Assembly (NCBI GenBank): GCA_048940925.1
Contig: JBHLOC010000001.1
Location: 1 to 64,000, forward strand
Direction of reading: 5' to 3'
DNA length: 64,000 nucleotides
Origin: Promethearchaeota archaeon
Lineage (GTDB): Archaea; Asgardarchaeota; Lokiarchaeia; Sigyniarchaeales; SOKP01
Shown: positions 9,302 through 18,793 of the stretch, in pieces
How the letters are laid out: every line of letters starts with the position of its first letter
Position numbering within the stretch: the stretch's first letter is position 1
The notes under the pieces: generated by a model
The model's input: only the letters and a program-made list of their open reading frames with translations
Told to the model about the DNA's origin: nothing
Database searches by the model: none
Program-made: the position numbers and the translations under genes

Positions 9302-9769
9302 TTATAAGATTCGATTTTTAGATTGTGAAAAGGTTTTAATTGGTTTTAAAACAACACAAACCCTTTCAACACTTTCAATATCGCTTCGGGAGCGAAACAT
9401 TTCTAATAATGCATCTAATTCATTAGTATCAGGGACATTTACTTTTATTAAAATACCGCATCTTCCTGCTAATTTAAACACCTCTTCACACTGAGGAAGA
9501 ACGACAGTTTCTCTTAGTAATTCTTTAACCTCAGATTCATTTTTAGGTATTAACGTTAGAAAGGCATAAATACATCTCTCATCTTCACGACATATCTTAA
9601 TAGTAAATTTTTCAATTATTCCCCCCTCCTGCAATTTGATCACTCGCTTTCTTACAGTTGATTCAGATAATCCAACCTCAGCAGCAATTTCATGATATGG
9701 TCTTCTTGAATCTTCAAGTAACATTTCAAGAATCTTTTTATCTTTTTCATCAAGGTTTCTCACAATCAA
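9302..9769 (-). CDS. Lrp/AsnC family transcriptional regulator
   Basis: LDEKDKKILEMLLEDSRRPYHEIAAEVGLSESTVRKRV HTH. Confidence 0.9.
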   Translation of the reverse strand: MIVRNLDEKDKKILEMLLEDSRRPYHEIAAEVGLSESTVRKRVIKLQEGGIIEKFTIKICREDERCIYAFLTLIPKNESEVKELLRETVVLPQCEEVFKLAGRCGILIKVNVPDTNELDALLEMFRSRSDIESVERVCVVLKPIKTFSQSKNRIL

Positions 9770-9850
9770 CCCTCTTATTTTTTTCTTGATTTATAAAAAA
9801 AATTAATTATTTTGTGTTATTTCAATTTTGATAATTTTGTTTATATAATA

Positions 9851-10783
9851 TCAGAAATCTTTGAGTAGTGGATTGAATAATCTCTCATAATGGACTGCCA
9901 TGCAGTGAATACCAGCAGCTTTAGTAGTTTTTTTAATTTCTTTGATGAATGGTTCAAAAAATTCTAAATTTATTTCATCAATTTTTGCGTATTTTTCTTT
10001 TTTATCTTTAATTTTTTTAGTAGCTTTTAAGGAATTTAAAAAATCTTTTGGAACTGAAACTCCTGGGATATATTCATTAAAGTACCATGCAATTCCATAA
10101 TTTTTAATAGGAAATAAGCCTAGCAAAACAGGCGTATTATATTTCTCTAGTTCTTTTAAAAACTCTTTAGCATCATCAATATCAAATGAAGTTTGAGTTT
10201 GAATAAAATCTGCACCAACTTCTATTTTTCTACCAACTTTTAAAATTTCAGGTTCTCTTGGATTTGAGTTAGGGTTTGCAGCACATCCTACGTTTAATTC
10301 GGGTTTCCCTCCTGCAATTTCATTTCCCTCTAAATCTGTTCCTTCATCAACCATTTTAGAAACTAGATCAATTAATTGAGTGGAATCTAAATCATATACA
10401 GGTCTAGCATTTTTATGATCACCAAGAGCAGAATGATCCCCAGTTAACGCAAGTAAATTTTTAAGTCCAAGTATAGCTCCGCCCAAAATATCACCAAATA
10501 ACGCAATTCGATTTCTATCTCTAACTGTCATCTGCCAGATAGCCTCTAGTCCAACTTTTTCTTGAACTAAATAGCAAGGTACCATTGAACATGTATAAGC
10601 GTCTCCCTGTGGTCCATCGGTGACATTAGCAGCAATTATTTTTCCAGTTTTTTTCATTTCTTCTGCAGAATGAAGCACATGGGCTAAATCAAAATCTTTT
10701 TCAGGTTCTAATTCGCCTGTAAACACGAATTTACCTTCTCTGATCGTTTTTACTAAATTACTGAATGCGGGTCGGTTAGTCAA
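9851..10783 (-). CDS. metF: methylenetetrahydrofolate reductase MetF
   Basis: ELEP, NVTD, TVRDRNR, LALTGD and GADFIQTQ motifs. Confidence 0.9.
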   Translation of the reverse strand: MTNRPAFSNLVKTIREGKFVFTGELEPEKDFDLAHVLHSAEEMKKTGKIIAANVTDGPQGDAYTCSMVPCYLVQEKVGLEAIWQMTVRDRNRIALFGDILGGAILGLKNLLALTGDHSALGDHKNARPVYDLDSTQLIDLVSKMVDEGTDLEGNEIAGGKPELNVGCAANPNSNPREPEILKVGRKIEVGADFIQTQTSFDIDDAKEFLKELEKYNTPVLLGLFPIKNYGIAWYFNEYIPGVSVPKDFLNSLKATKKIKDKKEKYAKIDEINLEFFEPFIKEIKKTTKAAGIHCMAVHYERLFNPLLKDF

Positions 10784-10784
10784 T

Positions 10785-11483
10785 TTATCCTTCTACCTCC
10801 TTTTTTGTTTCTTGCTCATTTGATATCGGTTCATAGATATGTAAAAATCGAGGACTTGACCATAATCGATAATTCCGTGGAGGTCTGTAATTTGTGAACA
10901 GATCAAGTCTATTAAATTTCTTCAATCGTTCCCATATTTTCACCCAGGCACAATCATGGGTATAACCCCCAACTTCACATTTGCCCTCTACCTGCCCACC
11001 GCAAGGACCGTTGCTTAGATTCTTGGCACATCCAGCCATAGGACAAATGCCTCCCGTAACTCCTAATAAACATTCACCGCATGTTTCGCAGTATTCAGCA
11101 AAATAATTTTCTCCTTGATTTTCCACTCCTCCAAATTTACTGTCTTGTGCTGGAAAGGTTAGAATATTTGGAAATATTCTATTTAACATGCCCACTCCTA
11201 ATCCACAGGCTAATGAGACAATTGCGTCATATTCTTCAACAAATGGTCTTATTGTGGTGGCAGCTATTCTATCATCGCATTGCCTTAAAACGGTTATAGC
11301 TCTCCACTTTAGTTCTTTTCCTTCACTTCTTGCTTTCAATTCTAACATCTGTGCCAAAATTTTTGCTTCATTAATAGATCGTGGAGGTTGACAGCAACCA
11401 TCGCATCCTGCCACTAAGATTTTCGAATAAGGTTTTATCATATCATAAATTTCTTCAATATCTTTTTGTTTAGTAATTATCAT
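10785..11483 (-). CDS. metV: MetV (MTHFR-associated Zn/Fe-S subunit)
   Basis: GCDGC, ACGLG, CETCGECLL..TGGICP..CAK.L.NGPCGG and CAW motifs; lies 1 nt from metF. Confidence 0.85.
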   Translation of the reverse strand: MIITKQKDIEEIYDMIKPYSKILVAGCDGCCQPPRSINEAKILAQMLELKARSEGKELKWRAITVLRQCDDRIAATTIRPFVEEYDAIVSLACGLGVGMLNRIFPNILTFPAQDSKFGGVENQGENYFAEYCETCGECLLGVTGGICPMAGCAKNLSNGPCGGQVEGKCEVGGYTHDCAWVKIWERLKKFNRLDLFTNYRPPRNYRLWSSPRFLHIYEPISNEQETKKEVEG

Positions 11484-11520
11484 TTTAACAACTCCTAATT
11501 TTATGAACTTTATATTACAA

Positions 11521-14500
11521 CTATTTCGGTATTACTACCTCTTTTTTTCTATAATCATTTTCAATGGGACCTAACTTTTTTAATTTTTTGGTAAACTCAG
11601 TTATAGTGTCGGCGAAAAGTTTACCTTCACTTGCAGAAATCCATTTTCGCATAAATCTTTCTGGATTAATACCAAGCGATCCTAGTGTTTTTTCGATTTC
11701 ATCAGTTCTTCTTAAAGTATCCTGATTTCCAGCAATATAGTGGCAATCACCGAGATGGCATCCACCAATAAAGACACCATCAGCGCCATTTAAAAAAGCT
11801 TGATATATAAAACTTTTAGGAATGCCCCCAGAACACATGACTCGAATAGTTCTTATATTTGGAGGATATTGGTACCGACTTACACCTGCTAAGTCTGCGC
11901 CTGCATAACTACACCAATTACAGAGAAAAGCAATAATTCTAGGTTCTCCATCAGAAATTTCAATTTTGGCCGCTTCTGCTATCATTGGTTCAATTTGCAT
12001 ACGCCCAAAATGACTCATTGTTATAGCCTCAGCGGGACATTCAGCAGCGCAATCTCCACAACCCTTACAGAGGAGTGGATTGACTTCCGAGACCAATAAA
12101 CCCTCTTCATAATTAACCCCAATAGCACCATAATTACATACTTCAGCACATCGATTACATCCAATGCATAATGCTGGATCAACTTTAGAAATGATGCCCT
12201 CCGTGACTAAAATATCTTTGGCTAATATGGTTGTAGCTCTAGACGCAGCTGACATCGCTTGTGAGATACTTTCATCAATCGTGGCAGAACCACGAGCAGT
12301 ACCACATAAAAATATTCCATCAGTTGCAAAATCTGAAGGTCTTAATTTAACATGGGCTTCAAGGAAAAAGTTATCTTCATTAATTGGAACTTTTAGCATT
12401 TTTGCTAAGCTTTCATTTGATTCTCCATTAGCTTCAATACCTGCGCTTAATGCTAATAGATCAGTTTGTAATTTAATATCTCCAATATCCGGTTTATTTA
12501 AGTTTATAACTAAATTTCCATCCTCAATATTTACATCCGGTGGTTTATCTTCACTGAATCTGATAAATAGAATTCCATTTTCTCTGGCTAAGTTATAATA
12601 TTTTTCTTTAAATCCATAGGTTCTAATATCTCTATATAAAATAGTGATATTGAGATCTGGATTAACTTTTTTTGCTTTTAATGCATTTTTAATAGCTTCA
12701 GCACAACACATTCTGCTACAATAAGGATGTTCTTCATTTCTTGAACCAACACATTGAATCATAGCTATAGATTTTAAACTTTTTATTTTATCTTCATTGT
12801 TAAAAAGAAGTTTTTCTAAGTCAGATTGCAGTATAATTCTCTCATCTTTATTAAAAAAGTACTCCCCGTCTTTTGGGTGATATTCGGATGCACCTGTAGC
12901 AACTATTATAATACCATGCTTAAATTCTTTAGTTTGTTTATCATCACTATAATTTATTTTTGTCAAAAAATTACATACATATCCGCCGATTGAATTAATT
13001 TTAGCATTGAGAAATACATTAATTAACTTATGGTTAGAAACTTTATCTATTAAGTTATTAAGAAATTCTTGAACATCATGAGTTTCTAACGTTTGATAAA
13101 TATTATGACTAAAACCGCCTAATTTTTCGCTCTTCTCAACTAAAAATACTTCAAAACCTTGATCTGCTAAAGTTAAGGCTGCAGTCATTCCTGCAATTCC
13201 CCCGCCTATCACTAATCCTTTATGTATAACTTCCACTTCTTGCTCTTGTAAAGGAACTAGTTGACGAGCTTTTGCTACAGCCATTCGTACAAGGTCTTTA
13301 GCTTTTTCTGTAGCTTCTTCAGGTTCATGCATATGGACCCATGAGCATTGGTCTCGAATATTAGCTAGATCAAAAAGGTATTTATTCAATCCAGCTTCTC
13401 TTATAGTCGCCTGAAACAAGGGTTCATGAGTTCTGGGTGTACATGATGCAACTATTATTCTATTTAATTTATGCTCTTTAATTTTCTCTTTCATATTCCC
13501 CTGTGTATCAGCAGAACATGTGTATAAATTTCTCTCTGCATAAACCACATCTGGCAATTGATCTGCATACTCAACAACCTCAGGAACATCAACAACTCCC
13601 CCAATATTAATCCCGCAATGGCAAATGAAAACTCCTATTCGTGGTGGTTCTCCACTTACATCAATTTCTTTAGGCAACTTTTTTTTTGTTATTAAAGTGT
13701 TTCTAGCATCTGATAATAGTACATTAACAGCGCCTGCGGCAGCACTCGCTTCAACTACTGTCTCTGGGATATCTTTAGGCTCTGAAAACATACCACATAC
13801 ATATATACCTTCCCTCGAAGTTTCTATCGGGGAAAATGGCTTGGTCTTACAAAAATCATACCCATTCAATTTTATATTTAGTTTCTTTGCTAAAGATTTT
13901 GTACTATGATGAGGTAATGCACCCACTGCTAAAACAACTAAATTAAATACTTCATTAACTACTGTACCATCTTCCTTTTCAAAATAAAGCAATAAATCTT
14001 TAGTGTCATCAAGTTCCTTGATATTTGATATCCTGCTTCTAAAGTATCTCACACCGTATTCATTTTGTGCACGTTCTATATATTTATCGAAATCCTTTCC
14101 AACAGCTCTTATATCCATAGAGAATATAGTTGGTTCAATGATTTCCATGTGTTCTTTGGCGATTACCGCCTCTTTGGCAGTATACATACAACAGACCGAG
14201 GAACAATATTCGGCACCATGCTTCTTATCTCTGGAGCCTACACATTGAAGAAATGCAACTTTTTTTGGAATATCTCCATCAGAAGGTCTAAGAACTCGCC
14301 CAGCATATGGACCACTTGCGCTTAACATACGCTCAAATTCAATACTGGTTACTACATTCTTGTAGATACCATAACCATATCTATTAGCTTGCTGAGGAAT
14401 ATATTCATCAAAACCTGGAGCGAGAATGATTGCTCCTACATTAATATCGACTTCTTCATCTTCGCGATCATATTCCACCGCTTTTGCTTTGCATACACCA

Positions 14501-14982
14501 GCACAAACACCGCATCCGATACAATAATCTTTATTGATTGCATAGACGAGTGGAACTGCTTGTGGATATTTCACGGATGTTGCAGCATATCGCGCCAAAC
14601 CTTCATTGAATGTATCAATTGCTTCAACCGGACAATTTCGTCCACAATCACCGCAACCTGTGCATTTATCCGGATTTATAAATAAAGAGTTTTTTTTCAC
14701 TTTAACTGTGAGATTTCCTGCTTCTCCTGCGACATCTAAAATCTCACAATTAATACTCAAATCAATATTTTGATGGCGTCCTGTTTCTACTAATTTTGGG
14801 CTTAATATACACATTGCACAATCATTAGTCGGAAACGTTTTATCTAATTGTGCCATAACACCACCAATACTAGTTGATGATTCGATTAAATATACTTTAA
14901 AACCTGAATCTCCCAGATCGAGTGCTGCTTGGGATCCTCCAATCCCAGCGCCTACAATCATTACTGCTCCTACTTTTTCCAA
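11521..14982 (-). CDS. hdrA: HdrA-like flavo-iron-sulfur protein (two FAD modules) fused to a C-terminal MvhD domain
   Basis: GAGIGG and GGGIAG FAD motifs, LDKTFPTNDCAMC, two QCVGSR motifs, ferredoxin motifs, and C-terminal FLCNWCSYAGAD...GCHLGDCHY (MvhD). Confidence 0.92.
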   Translation of the reverse strand: MEKVGAVMIVGAGIGGSQAALDLGDSGFKVYLIESSTSIGGVMAQLDKTFPTNDCAMCILSPKLVETGRHQNIDLSINCEILDVAGEAGNLTVKVKKNSLFINPDKCTGCGDCGRNCPVEAIDTFNEGLARYAATSVKYPQAVPLVYAINKDYCIGCGVCAGVCKAKAVEYDREDEEVDINVGAIILAPGFDEYIPQQANRYGYGIYKNVVTSIEFERMLSASGPYAGRVLRPSDGDIPKKVAFLQCVGSRDKKHGAEYCSSVCCMYTAKEAVIAKEHMEIIEPTIFSMDIRAVGKDFDKYIERAQNEYGVRYFRSRISNIKELDDTKDLLLYFEKEDGTVVNEVFNLVVLAVGALPHHSTKSLAKKLNIKLNGYDFCKTKPFSPIETSREGIYVCGMFSEPKDIPETVVEASAAAGAVNVLLSDARNTLITKKKLPKEIDVSGEPPRIGVFICHCGINIGGVVDVPEVVEYADQLPDVVYAERNLYTCSADTQGNMKEKIKEHKLNRIIVASCTPRTHEPLFQATIREAGLNKYLFDLANIRDQCSWVHMHEPEEATEKAKDLVRMAVAKARQLVPLQEQEVEVIHKGLVIGGGIAGMTAALTLADQGFEVFLVEKSEKLGGFSHNIYQTLETHDVQEFLNNLIDKVSNHKLINVFLNAKINSIGGYVCNFLTKINYSDDKQTKEFKHGIIIVATGASEYHPKDGEYFFNKDERIILQSDLEKLLFNNEDKIKSLKSIAMIQCVGSRNEEHPYCSRMCCAEAIKNALKAKKVNPDLNITILYRDIRTYGFKEKYYNLARENGILFIRFSEDKPPDVNIEDGNLVINLNKPDIGDIKLQTDLLALSAGIEANGESNESLAKMLKVPINEDNFFLEAHVKLRPSDFATDGIFLCGTARGSATIDESISQAMSAASRATTILAKDILVTEGIISKVDPALCIGCNRCAEVCNYGAIGVNYEEGLLVSEVNPLLCKGCGDCAAECPAEAITMSHFGRMQIEPMIAEAAKIEISDGEPRIIAFLCNWCSYAGADLAGVSRYQYPPNIRTIRVMCSGGIPKSFIYQAFLNGADGVFIGGCHLGDCHYIAGNQDTLRRTDEIEKTLGSLGINPERFMRKWISASEGKLFADTITEFTKKLKKLGPIENDYRKKEVVIPK

Positions 14983-14994
14983 ATTTTATCCTCT

Positions 14995-15285
14995 TTACAA
15001 TTTATGTAACATTTTAATTTTTAATTCTGCTTCATAATTACCGCTTATATAGTAACAATCTCCTAAATGACACCCTAATACAAGTAATCCATCAATACCT
15101 TGTATAAACGCTTCAGTTATAGAAACATGATCATCTCTCTCTATAATTTTGCGAGGATTATATTCACCACTTGTTATAAATGCTACAGGACATGAACTAG
15201 AATAAGTTCCACACTGATAACAATAATTCAATGAAAAATCTTCCTTAATGATTTCATTTGGAAATTCAAAATTGACCATCTGCAT
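14995..15285 (-). pseudogene. chimeric remnant: HdrC N-terminus joined to an MvhD internal fragment
   Basis: CYQCGTYSSSCP..NPRKII (HdrC-like, one Cys lost) directly followed by AFIQGIDGLLVLGCHLGDCYYISGN (MvhD-like). Confidence 0.7.
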
Positions 15286-15417
15286 AATCGATTAATGCTT
15301 TTTTTAATAAGTTTAATATATTTAAGTTTCTAATTTTCTTATTTTATAAATATTAACAATTTTAATAATGTGTTTATTATATTTTTAAGGGATACAATAA
15401 TTATTTTCACTATTATA

Positions 15418-15435
15418 ATTAAGATCGATCTTAAT
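15418..15435. promoter_or_regulatory. 18-bp perfect palindrome, candidate operator
   Basis: ATTAAGATCGATCTTAAT, about 130 bp upstream of the hdr-met operon in the divergent intergenic region. Confidence 0.4.
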
Positions 15436-16040
15436 ATTTAAAGATTTTTTACCCTTTCTGATTTTAAACACGTTTTTAAAAATTTACGACATTTTCTTTT
15501 ATAAAAATTATAAATTAGTAAGAAGAAAGTATTAATTTGGATAACTAATTACTTTTTTGGTTATCAATAATGAATATAAATTCAAAATATTATAGATTTT
15601 GTAGTCTATCACATATTTTTGTTATGATTAGTTTAATAAAAATCTTATATTAATTTGGGACAAAAAGTTCAAAAACTTATAATAAATTGAAAAGAAATTA
15701 ACGATTTATGTCATTTTAAAATGATTTTTATAATAAAGATAATTACCTAAAAATATTTGAGAAGTATTCAAAGCTAGAAGAAATAATAAAAATATAATTA
15801 AATTTTCAATTAAAACACTCAAATTTAGATTTAAAAGCTATTCTACACCATTTACATAAATTTTTAAGTTTTAAATAAGAAATCTTCAAAAAATTGAAAT
15901 CGAATTAAAGATTTTTATATTTAAACCATAAGATACTATTAAAACAATAATAAAAATTATAATTAATACCAAGGTATTATTTTAGTATATAAATAAAATA
16001 AGTAAAATCTAAGTAGTTATTAAAATTTTGGTGACCTACT

Positions 16041-16721
16041 ATAAAAATCGTCATTTCTGGACCATTACAATGTGGAAAGTCAAGTTATATTAGATACTTA
16101 GATCCGAAAGCATTAAATGTGGAAGCGAAAGGTAAAGATCAAAAGTATTATACTGTTGCAATGGATTTAGGAAACATGAAATTAAATGGTTTTGATGTAT
16201 TTTTATTCGGTACACCAGGTCTTTTAAGATTTTCTGTGATGAGAAATATTGTAACAAGCGGGAGCGATGGGATAGTTTTCATTTTTGATTCAGCTCATCC
16301 TGAAAAAGACGATAGTGCAATTATGATACTAAATTCGATACGAAAATTATTACCTTCGGGGATTCCAGTGGTTTTTTTAGCTAATAAACAAGATCTTGAG
16401 GGTGCTCGTCCTCCAGAAGTAATACGATCACAGAATTATTTGCCGGAAGATACCAAAATATTTCCAACTAGCACTGAAACAGGTCTAAATATTAAAGAAT
16501 CAATTACATATCTAGTGAACATAATTTATGAAGAATATTCATCACTACTTCAAATTCTCCGTACTTATGAAAATGATATTAAGGGTTTAGGAGAAGAGTT
16601 GAATAAAGATAAGGTTGAAATTCGTAAATTTTTAAATAATCTCGAGATTAAACGGTTTATTGAGCTTGATAGAGTCGGCAAAACGTATAAGGTAAGATCT
16701 GGACTTAAGTATTTAGTTTAA
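16041..16721 (+). CDS. small GTPase (MglA/ATP-bind_1-like) with a C-terminal winged-helix-like domain; extended to an ATA start
   Basis: The in-frame extension upstream of the GTG at 16119 supplies the missing P-loop KIVISGPLQCGKSS. GTPG and NKQD are present. GGTGA lies 6 nt before the ATA. Confidence 0.8.
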   Translation: MKIVISGPLQCGKSSYIRYLDPKALNVEAKGKDQKYYTVAMDLGNMKLNGFDVFLFGTPGLLRFSVMRNIVTSGSDGIVFIFDSAHPEKDDSAIMILNSIRKLLPSGIPVVFLANKQDLEGARPPEVIRSQNYLPEDTKIFPTSTETGLNIKESITYLVNIIYEEYSSLLQILRTYENDIKGLGEELNKDKVEIRKFLNNLEIKRFIELDRVGKTYKVRSGLKYLV

Positions 16722-16741
16722 TAATACTATTTCAAGATCTT

Positions 16742-18616
16742 CTATTTTTCTAATAAATAGGGTGAGATTTCTTCTATTTCGTACTCATTCTTTAAATTTC
16801 TTAAATTTCTCTGCTGATTATTAAGAATATTCCAAAAGAATTTCGGAACATCTTTTTCTTTTTTATAAATAACCTCAATTCGGTCTAGCTTTTCTAAAAT
16901 ATTATTTACTCTTATAGAGAATTGTTCAACATAATCTTTCTTAGTATAGTTTTTATTAAGATATTGTTTAAATAAGGTATTTAAATCAGAATATTTTGGG
17001 ATATGGCCAATTGGTGTTTCAATTGCCTTAAAATCATTCTGAGTTCGCCCCTCTGACCAAATCACCCAACATAGCTTATCTAGAATTCCATTTAAATATA
17101 CTCCATCTTTATTTTTGAGAAAATAATTAGTAGCAAAAACCTTTGGACAGTATTTTAATCTAGTGCCAAATATATAATGATTTTTAAGATATTTCCCCAA
17201 ACTTATGACAAGAAAATCTAAATTAGACATTGGATTTGCTTTTCTCACTCCTTCAACACCAAGAGTGGCAGAAGTAGTTTCTGATTCAATTGAAGCACCC
17301 AAGAAGATTCCATGTTCCCAACTTAAACTTTCAAGTATAGGAGGCATTGTATCACTATCTCTCCCCCCATAAAATATCCCCAGTATTGGCACGCCACTTG
17401 GATTGTGTAAATTAGGATCAACATTGTCTAATTCTTCTAAACGAATAGTATAACGAGCATTAGGGTGTGCATGGGGAATCTCATGATTATTTTTATCTCT
17501 TTTGCCATAATACCACATTCCTGAATAATTTACTCCTTTTTTAGGGGTTGTTCTTCCATCACCAATCCAATAAGGAAATCCTTCTGTTATCAATATATTG
17601 CTAAAAATAGTCTCCCTTGGGGTTGTTAAAGCCTTAAATATTAAAGGGTCATCCATTGCGTTCACATCCTTAATGATACCGAAGATTCCACTCTCAATAT
17701 TAACTGCATGAGCATAACCGTCCTCCCATACACGGAGATATGCAATATCGTCCCCCAATATGGTTTGACCAGGTAACATAGCTGTGCTTGTTTTACCACA
17801 TGCACTTGGAAATGCACCACAAAAATATGAAACTCTATTTTTTCCTTTAGGATGTACTCCTAAGATAAAATAATGTTCTGTTAGCCAATCTTCATTGTTA
17901 GCTTTATTAATTGCTAGTCTTAATGCTAATTTTTTTAATCCAAGACTATTTCCTGCATACTGATTATTTACAGATAAAACACGATTTTCTACTAAATCAA
18001 TATAAATTCTTCTTTTATCAAGATTTTTTGTAACTGGTGGGTCTCCTATTAATTCTCCTGAAGAATGGATAAAATAGAAAAATTCATTAGATCCCTCTAA
18101 TTTTTTAAACTCTTCATATCCGGGTCGATACAGCAGGTCTTCTGAATGAGCTACATAAAAAGAATCAGTGAGTTGAAGTGCAAGGATAGAAAAATTAGAA
18201 TTTTTAGGTCCTAAACAAAAAAACCTGACTATGCATTCATGACCTTCCATACATCCATCCATAATTTCTAAAATTTCTTCAAGTCCCTTTTCTCTCTCAA
18301 TTGTATTTATAGCTGGAGGTCTATAATGTCCTCTTGGTACTAAGACTTTTGTATTTTCCTTATCTCTTGCTTGGTCATGGTTAAACATTGTGAAAAATCC
18401 ATCAAAATGGGTAGTATGTCCTTCTGTAGTCAATTTTATTTCTTCACCGATTTCAATAGCTTTAAGTCGACAATAATTGATATCCTCTTTTAAATCTGTT
18501 ATTACTGTAACTTTGGAAGGTTTGCATAATTTAACAAATTCCTTTACGATCTTTAATACATTTTCATTATTTAGATCGTATAATTTCTTTAGATTTCTTT
18601 TATCGATAACTTCCAT
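16742..18616 (-). CDS. pckG: phosphoenolpyruvate carboxykinase (GTP)
   Basis: YAGNSLGLKK, AFPSACGKTS, GDDIAY, HPNARY and GGRD motifs. Confidence 0.93.
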   Translation of the reverse strand: MEVIDKRNLKKLYDLNNENVLKIVKEFVKLCKPSKVTVITDLKEDINYCRLKAIEIGEEIKLTTEGHTTHFDGFFTMFNHDQARDKENTKVLVPRGHYRPPAINTIEREKGLEEILEIMDGCMEGHECIVRFFCLGPKNSNFSILALQLTDSFYVAHSEDLLYRPGYEEFKKLEGSNEFFYFIHSSGELIGDPPVTKNLDKRRIYIDLVENRVLSVNNQYAGNSLGLKKLALRLAINKANNEDWLTEHYFILGVHPKGKNRVSYFCGAFPSACGKTSTAMLPGQTILGDDIAYLRVWEDGYAHAVNIESGIFGIIKDVNAMDDPLIFKALTTPRETIFSNILITEGFPYWIGDGRTTPKKGVNYSGMWYYGKRDKNNHEIPHAHPNARYTIRLEELDNVDPNLHNPSGVPILGIFYGGRDSDTMPPILESLSWEHGIFLGASIESETTSATLGVEGVRKANPMSNLDFLVISLGKYLKNHYIFGTRLKYCPKVFATNYFLKNKDGVYLNGILDKLCWVIWSEGRTQNDFKAIETPIGHIPKYSDLNTLFKQYLNKNYTKKDYVEQFSIRVNNILEKLDRIEVIYKKEKDVPKFFWNILNNQQRNLRNLKNEYEIEEISPYLLEK

Positions 18617-18793
18617 AATAAATATTTTCGAAGTTTTATCTGTTAAATCAATTTAAAATAAATATGAATGTGTTATAAGAAAATTTTTCAAATTTTTTAA
18701 TGTTAACTAATTATAGAGAAAATAAATTTTACAGATTGTCAAGAATCTCCTAAAATTTAGTAGAAAATAAAAATAAAATAGGAAAAAATTAGT

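Noticed and set aside
11081-14685. Several + strand ORFs of 67-144 aa opposite metV and hdrA
   Set aside because: Antisense shadows of well-supported genes, with no motifs.
11521-15285. Selenocysteine recoding in HdrA/MvhD
   Set aside because: No in-frame TGA in these frames; Cys codons occupy the motif positions, and no SECIS could be supported by eye.
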